Shown here: piece by piece, positions 27,961-32,000 of the stretch
How the letters are laid out: each line of letters opens with the position of its first letter
How positions within the stretch are numbered: the stretch's first letter is position 1
DNA from: Methanothermobacter thermautotrophicus str. Delta H
GTDB taxonomy: Archaea > Methanobacteriota > Methanobacteria > Methanobacteriales > Methanothermobacteraceae
Length of the DNA: 32,000 nucleotides
Direction: 5' to 3'
Assembly: GCF_000008645.1 (NCBI RefSeq)
Contig: NC_000916.1
Span: 1,620,001-1,652,000, forward strand
Notes under the pieces: model-generated
What the model was told of the DNA's origin: nothing
The model's input: the letters and a program-made list of their open reading frames with translations, nothing else
Databases searched by the model: none
Position numbers and translations under genes: made by a program

Positions 27961-28900
27961 GGCGTCACCAGGACTGTCGTTAAATATATGAGGTCAAGCA
28001 TGCCGAAGACTATGAGGGAGTTCATAACAAGCTCAGATTTGCTTGCAACATCCTCTCTATCCCCTGAACCGTAGAGTGAATGGATGCACGGGATTGTGAC
28101 TGTGAGTGATAGGGCTGCTATTACCAGGAAATTGATCCCGGGACTGAAACTCTCTGATAATGAAAGAAGGGCCAGCATCACCGTTGCGGTGGCTGATGCA
28201 AGGATCATTATCCTGCGGGAATCTCTGACCCCGAGGTGGACTGGAAGGGTCATTTTACCTCCCAGCAGGTCCTCCCGGAGGTCGGGTATCTCAACGTTTA
28301 TTATGAATACGAGCTGCAGCAGCATTATCGGTACCGAGAAGAGCAGAATCCGGATGTCAGGCCCACCTGCCATTACAGAGTAACCCATGGCTGGAAATAT
28401 GAATCCGGTGATGGCGGTTGCCGGTTCACCAAGGCCCCTGTATGAAAGCCTGAGGGGCGGTGCACTGTAGAACCATCCAAGGAGGCTTCCAGAAACAGTA
28501 AGCAGGAGTACTGAGGGATTCCGGAGGGTTATGGTGTAAATTATGGACAGTGTTATGGATGCGGCTATAAGAAAAACTGCAAATCTCCAGCGAAGCTTCG
28601 CAGTTCAGGGTGCCTCTGGAGGACACCGCTTCCACCGGAGTACTTCGTTGAAGAATCCGGTCTGTCAAGGTCAAAGTCATAGTAGTCGTTGCTGTAGGAT
28701 ACAGATAGGTGTGCTGGCATAACTATGAGGTAACCGGCGATGAACTGTTCCGCTGAAATATGTCCAGTCTCTATGGCTGCAAGGACAGCTCCAGTGGCAT
28801 AGAGTATAAAGCCGGCTCCAAGGAAGGGGAGCCTTCCAAGCCGGATTATTTCACGGATTGTTTCAGTATTCCATGCAGGATTCTTCATGGGAATCTCCAT
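27957..28900 (-). pseudogene. UbiA-superfamily prenyltransferase with a frameshift between 28565 and 28604
   Basis: It has the Asp-rich motif NDYYDFDLD. Downstream TM helices continue in another frame (RFAVFLIAASITLSIIYTITL...GWFYSAPPLRLSYRGLGE...) into the 143-aa ORF. The span is 944 nt, which is 3n-1. Its stop overlaps the MPE start (ATGA). Confidence 0.8.
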
Positions 28901-29049
28901 TGAATTACTGTGGAATATTTATATCATCGGGGAGATAAATTAATTTTCATTGATGGAGCTGAACACGTAGGCATGGTCGGAAGTCAGTTGTCTTTGGTTA
29001 CTGGAGAGGTTCGGAGATTACGGCATATCAGGAAAAAACAGGTGATCTT

Positions 29050-29601
29050 ATGGTCAATGCAAGGTTGAAGGAAATGAGGCTAATGGAGCCTCAGAAGAGG
29101 ATGGAGGCCATAGAAAAACTTGAACCTTCAGAGGAATCAGTTGAAATACTCATAGCTTTTCTGGAGGATGAAAGTCATCCCGTAAGGTTTAAAGCAGCTG
29201 AAAAACTTGCAGAATTTGGTGAAGCATCCCTTGAGAAACTAATGGAGATAATGGATACGGCGGAGGGCGAAATCAGGAGATACGCAACCTTCGCACTCAA
29301 GAAGATAGGAGATCCCCGTGTTACAGACCACTTCATAGAGGCCCTCAGTGATGAGGACTGGGGCGTAAGGAAGTTTGCTGCAAGGTCCCTGGGTGAACTG
29401 GGAGATCTGCGTGCAGTGGAGCCCCTTATAGCTGCCCTTGATGATGAGGACTGGGGTGTTAAACTTGCAGCTGTAAGGTCCCTTGGAGACCTTGGAGATG
29501 AGAGGGCCATAGAACCCATCAAGAAGGCCAGAAGAAAGGGTGATAAGGACTTCAAGAAGGCTGCAAACAAGTCCCTTAAAAAGATCCAGTCAGGACGATG
29601 A
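29050..29601 (+). CDS. HEAT-repeat (PBS-lyase-type) protein
   Basis: It has tandem 31-aa repeats (DEDWGVRxxAxRSLGxLGDxRAxEPL). At DNA level these repeat with a 93-bp period, for example at 29350 and 29443. Confidence 0.85.
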   Translation: MVNARLKEMRLMEPQKRMEAIEKLEPSEESVEILIAFLEDESHPVRFKAAEKLAEFGEASLEKLMEIMDTAEGEIRRYATFALKKIGDPRVTDHFIEALSDEDWGVRKFAARSLGELGDLRAVEPLIAALDDEDWGVKLAAVRSLGDLGDERAIEPIKKARRKGDKDFKKAANKSLKKIQSGR

Positions 29602-29870
29602 CATGCAAGTAAATTATCAGTTTTTGCTGTTTCTTTTCTTTAGTTGATTTATGGTCTGGCTAGTGTGCGATAACGTGCTGTTCCTTTGATTCTTCAGTTA
29701 AACTGATTTAAGGATCAGAGAGGACATTGTTCATCCACCCCTCCTTTTCACATCATATCTATGCGTCGACACATCACTGTTTCTGCACATTTCAATAATG
29801 AAATATCCATTTAATGAAGTTTTTATATCTGCTTCAACATAATACTATTAATATGGTCTGTGGTGGTTTT

Positions 29871-31358
29871 ATGAATATTGTGATTGTTGGAGCTGGATTC
29901 GGGGGAATATCTGCAGCGGCACTCCTTGCACAGAAGGGGCTGGAAGTAACTGTCATTGAGAAAAATGAGGGTCCTGGGGGACGTGCAAGCGTCTACAGTG
30001 AGGGGGGATTCACCTTTGACATGGGACCATCATGGTACCTCATGCCAGACGTCTTTGAAAACTTCTTCGCAGAGTTCAATGCCAGGCCAGAGGATTTCTA
30101 TGACCTCAAAAAACTTGAACCAGCATACCGCGTATTCTTTGACGGGGGAAGGGTAGTTGATGTATCATCTGATATTGAAAAGAACTATGAACTCTTTGAC
30201 AGCTTTGAGGAAGATGGGGGTGAAAGACTCAGGGAGTACCTGGAATCAGCCGGTAAACTCTACGACTCGGTTGTGAAGGAAATGCTCTACAGGGACTACA
30301 GGTCAGTCCTGGACTTCCTTAATGGAAAGCTCCTGCTACAGGGATTGAGGCTCAACATACTCGAATCTCTTGAACACTTCGTTAACAGGCGATTTAAGAG
30401 TGACGAGGCCCGCAAGATACTCCAGTACTCAATGGGATTCCTTGGAAGCGCACCACAGAACACACCCTCAATGTATCATATAATGTCCCATATCGACATG
30501 ACCCTTGGAGTCTTCTACCCTGAGGGGGGTATAAGGAGGGTTGCCCAATCAATATATGAACTCGCCCTTGAACATGGAGCCAGATTCCACTTCAACGAGG
30601 AGGTTAAAAGGATAGAGGTAATCGATGGAGTGGCAACATCTATCATAACCGACAGGAACATCTATGAAGCTGATGCGGTCCTGGTGAATGCGGATTACCC
30701 CCACAGTGAACTGGAACTTCTTGATGAACCCCACAGGACCTATGATGAGGCATACTGGGAGTCCAGGGTAATGGCACCATCAGCCTTTGTAGCCTACCTC
30801 GGAGTTGACAGGGTTATAGATGCCCTTGAACACCACAACCTCTTCCTGGAGAGGGACTGGGCCGATAAATTCCAGGAGGTATTTGACCCCCGGAGGGCGA
30901 GGTGGCCAGAGAGACCATCCTACTATGTGAATGTACCATCACGGACAGATACGACTGCTGCCCCCCAGGGATCAGACACCCTCTTCATACTGGTCCCCCT
31001 CGCGCCGGGCATGGAGGATAACGAGGAACTCAGGGAGGGCCTCTACCGGAGGGTCATGGATGACCTTGAGAGGAAGGTGGGTGAAAATATACGTGACCAT
31101 GTTGTTGTGAAGAGGATATTCGCCATAAATGATTTCAGGGACCGTTACAATGCATACAGGGGCACAGCCCTGGGTCTTTCCCATACACTCAGACAGACAG
31201 CCCTCTGGAGACCATCACATAAGAGTAAGAAGGTTAAGAACCTCTATTACACGGGACATTACACCCATCCAGGTATAGGCGTGCCGATGACACTTATCTC
31301 CTCCCAGATAGTCTGCAACGAGATGATGGATGATATGGGAATTAATCCGGATGGATGA
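29871..31358 (+). CDS. Phytoene-desaturase-family FAD oxidoreductase (CrtI/CrtN/HpnE-like)
   Basis: It has the dinucleotide-binding N-terminus IVIVGAGFGGISAA...EKNEGPGGRA and GPSWYLMPDVFE. The start is at the ATG at 29871, after GGTGG and a TATA-like TTTTATATCT at 29821. Confidence 0.87.
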   Translation: MNIVIVGAGFGGISAAALLAQKGLEVTVIEKNEGPGGRASVYSEGGFTFDMGPSWYLMPDVFENFFAEFNARPEDFYDLKKLEPAYRVFFDGGRVVDVSSDIEKNYELFDSFEEDGGERLREYLESAGKLYDSVVKEMLYRDYRSVLDFLNGKLLLQGLRLNILESLEHFVNRRFKSDEARKILQYSMGFLGSAPQNTPSMYHIMSHIDMTLGVFYPEGGIRRVAQSIYELALEHGARFHFNEEVKRIEVIDGVATSIITDRNIYEADAVLVNADYPHSELELLDEPHRTYDEAYWESRVMAPSAFVAYLGVDRVIDALEHHNLFLERDWADKFQEVFDPRRARWPERPSYYVNVPSRTDTTAAPQGSDTLFILVPLAPGMEDNEELREGLYRRVMDDLERKVGENIRDHVVVKRIFAINDFRDRYNAYRGTALGLSHTLRQTALWRPSHKSKKVKNLYYTGHYTHPGIGVPMTLISSQIVCNEMMDDMGINPDG

Positions 31359-31380
31359 TTTTTACTGTATAAACCTATTA

Positions 31381-32000
31381 ATGGGTGATATAACTTTGAT
31401 TGACGGGAAAATTTACTCAATATTTAAGCGTGGAAGCAAAACATACTTCTACAGCACGCTATTCTTCCCAAAGGATGTCAGGAGAGACGTTTTTATACTC
31501 TACAGCTTCCTTCGAAAGGCCGATGACTACGTTGACCGGGTACCGCAGGATACTGATGGGTTCTATGAATTTGTGGAAAGGTACCGGAGAGCATACTCCG
31601 GTGAAATCACAGGTGACGTGGTGGTTGATTCCTTCGTGGAGCTTTCAGAGAGAAAAAATTTTGAAGATGAGTGGACAGAGGCCTTCCTGAGGTCCATGGA
31701 GATGGATATAACAGTATCATCCTACAGTACAATGTCTGCCCTCGAAGAGTACCTCCTTGGTTCATCAGAGGTCGTGGGGCTCTTCATGGCATCCATAATG
31801 GGCCTCCACACGGATTCATACCACCATGCAAGGTACCTTGGAAGGGCCATGCAGTACGTTAACTTCATAAGGGACATTGCAGAGGACATTGAGCTTGGAA
31901 GGCTATACTTTCCGATGGACGAACTTGAAAGGTTCGGACTCCAATCCCTTGATCCTGATGAGATAAGGGGGAGGGAGGATAATTTCCGGTCATTTCTGAG
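31381..32000 (+). CDS. Squalene/phytoene-synthase-family enzyme (CrtB/CrtM-like), 3' end outside the window
   Basis: This ORF is not in the ORF track, because it is open to the window edge. My own translation gives MGDITLIDGKIYSIFKRGSKTYFYSTLFFP...YSFLRKADDYVD...NFIRDIAEDIELGRLYFP, which carries both Asp-rich motifs. Confidence 0.87.
   Translation, partial: MGDITLIDGKIYSIFKRGSKTYFYSTLFFPKDVRRDVFILYSFLRKADDYVDRVPQDTDGFYEFVERYRRAYSGEITGDVVVDSFVELSERKNFEDEWTEAFLRSMEMDITVSSYSTMSALEEYLLGSSEVVGLFMASIMGLHTDSYHHARYLGRAMQYVNFIRDIAEDIELGRLYFPMDELERFGLQSLDPDEIRGREDNFRSFL

Noticed and set aside
28426-28680. 84-aa minus-strand ORF between the two UbiA fragments
   Set aside because: It is out of frame relative to the real UbiA sequence and its translation is not membrane-protein-like. 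The third frame carries the conserved TM helices.
31400-31862. 96-aa and 63-aa plus-strand ORFs from the track
   Set aside because: Both are out of frame with the clearly recognisable squalene/phytoene-synthase reading frame, which starts at 31381.

Overview
This window looks like a Methanothermobacter (thermautotrophicus-type) chromosomal segment. The 666-aa MCM helicase, aIF2-beta, the archaeal TyrRS and the Lhr-type helicase match what I remember of the MTH1770 to MTH1802 neighbourhood. That identification is from memory and was not checked against a database. Bases 1-6700 are ordinary housekeeping genes: tyrS, an NMD3-like gene, aIF2-beta, MCM, the rRNA methyltransferase RlmE and an MJ0936-type phosphodiesterase. 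The remainder is accessory. It holds a COG3046 photolyase-like gene, a voltage-sensor ion channel, an SPFH/Yip1/glycoprotein cluster and a TetR-headed pair of radical-SAM enzymes (SPASM type plus B12-binding type). It also holds the rfbDACB dTDP-rhamnose operon, an ArsR-cyclase-TrmO operon, a flavodoxin gene, a UbiA-metallophosphoesterase-Lhr operon, and a HEAT-repeat/CrtI-like/CrtB-like isoprenoid module that runs off the 3' end. I found no rRNA, tRNA, CRISPR array or mobile element. The main second-look items are: (1) the radical-SAM cassette, for which I see no assignable substrate and whose SPASM gene is split inside its cluster motif; (2) six accessory genes broken by frameshifts while all housekeeping genes are intact; (3) three unrelated 49-56 bp tandem duplications, two of them at convergent gene ends; (4) a 550-bp AT-rich intergenic region with three perfect hairpins and clusters of SD-like motifs; (5) a photolyase homologue that lacks the Fe-S ligand cysteines; and (6) an isoprenoid gene set in a methanogen that does not make carotenoids.
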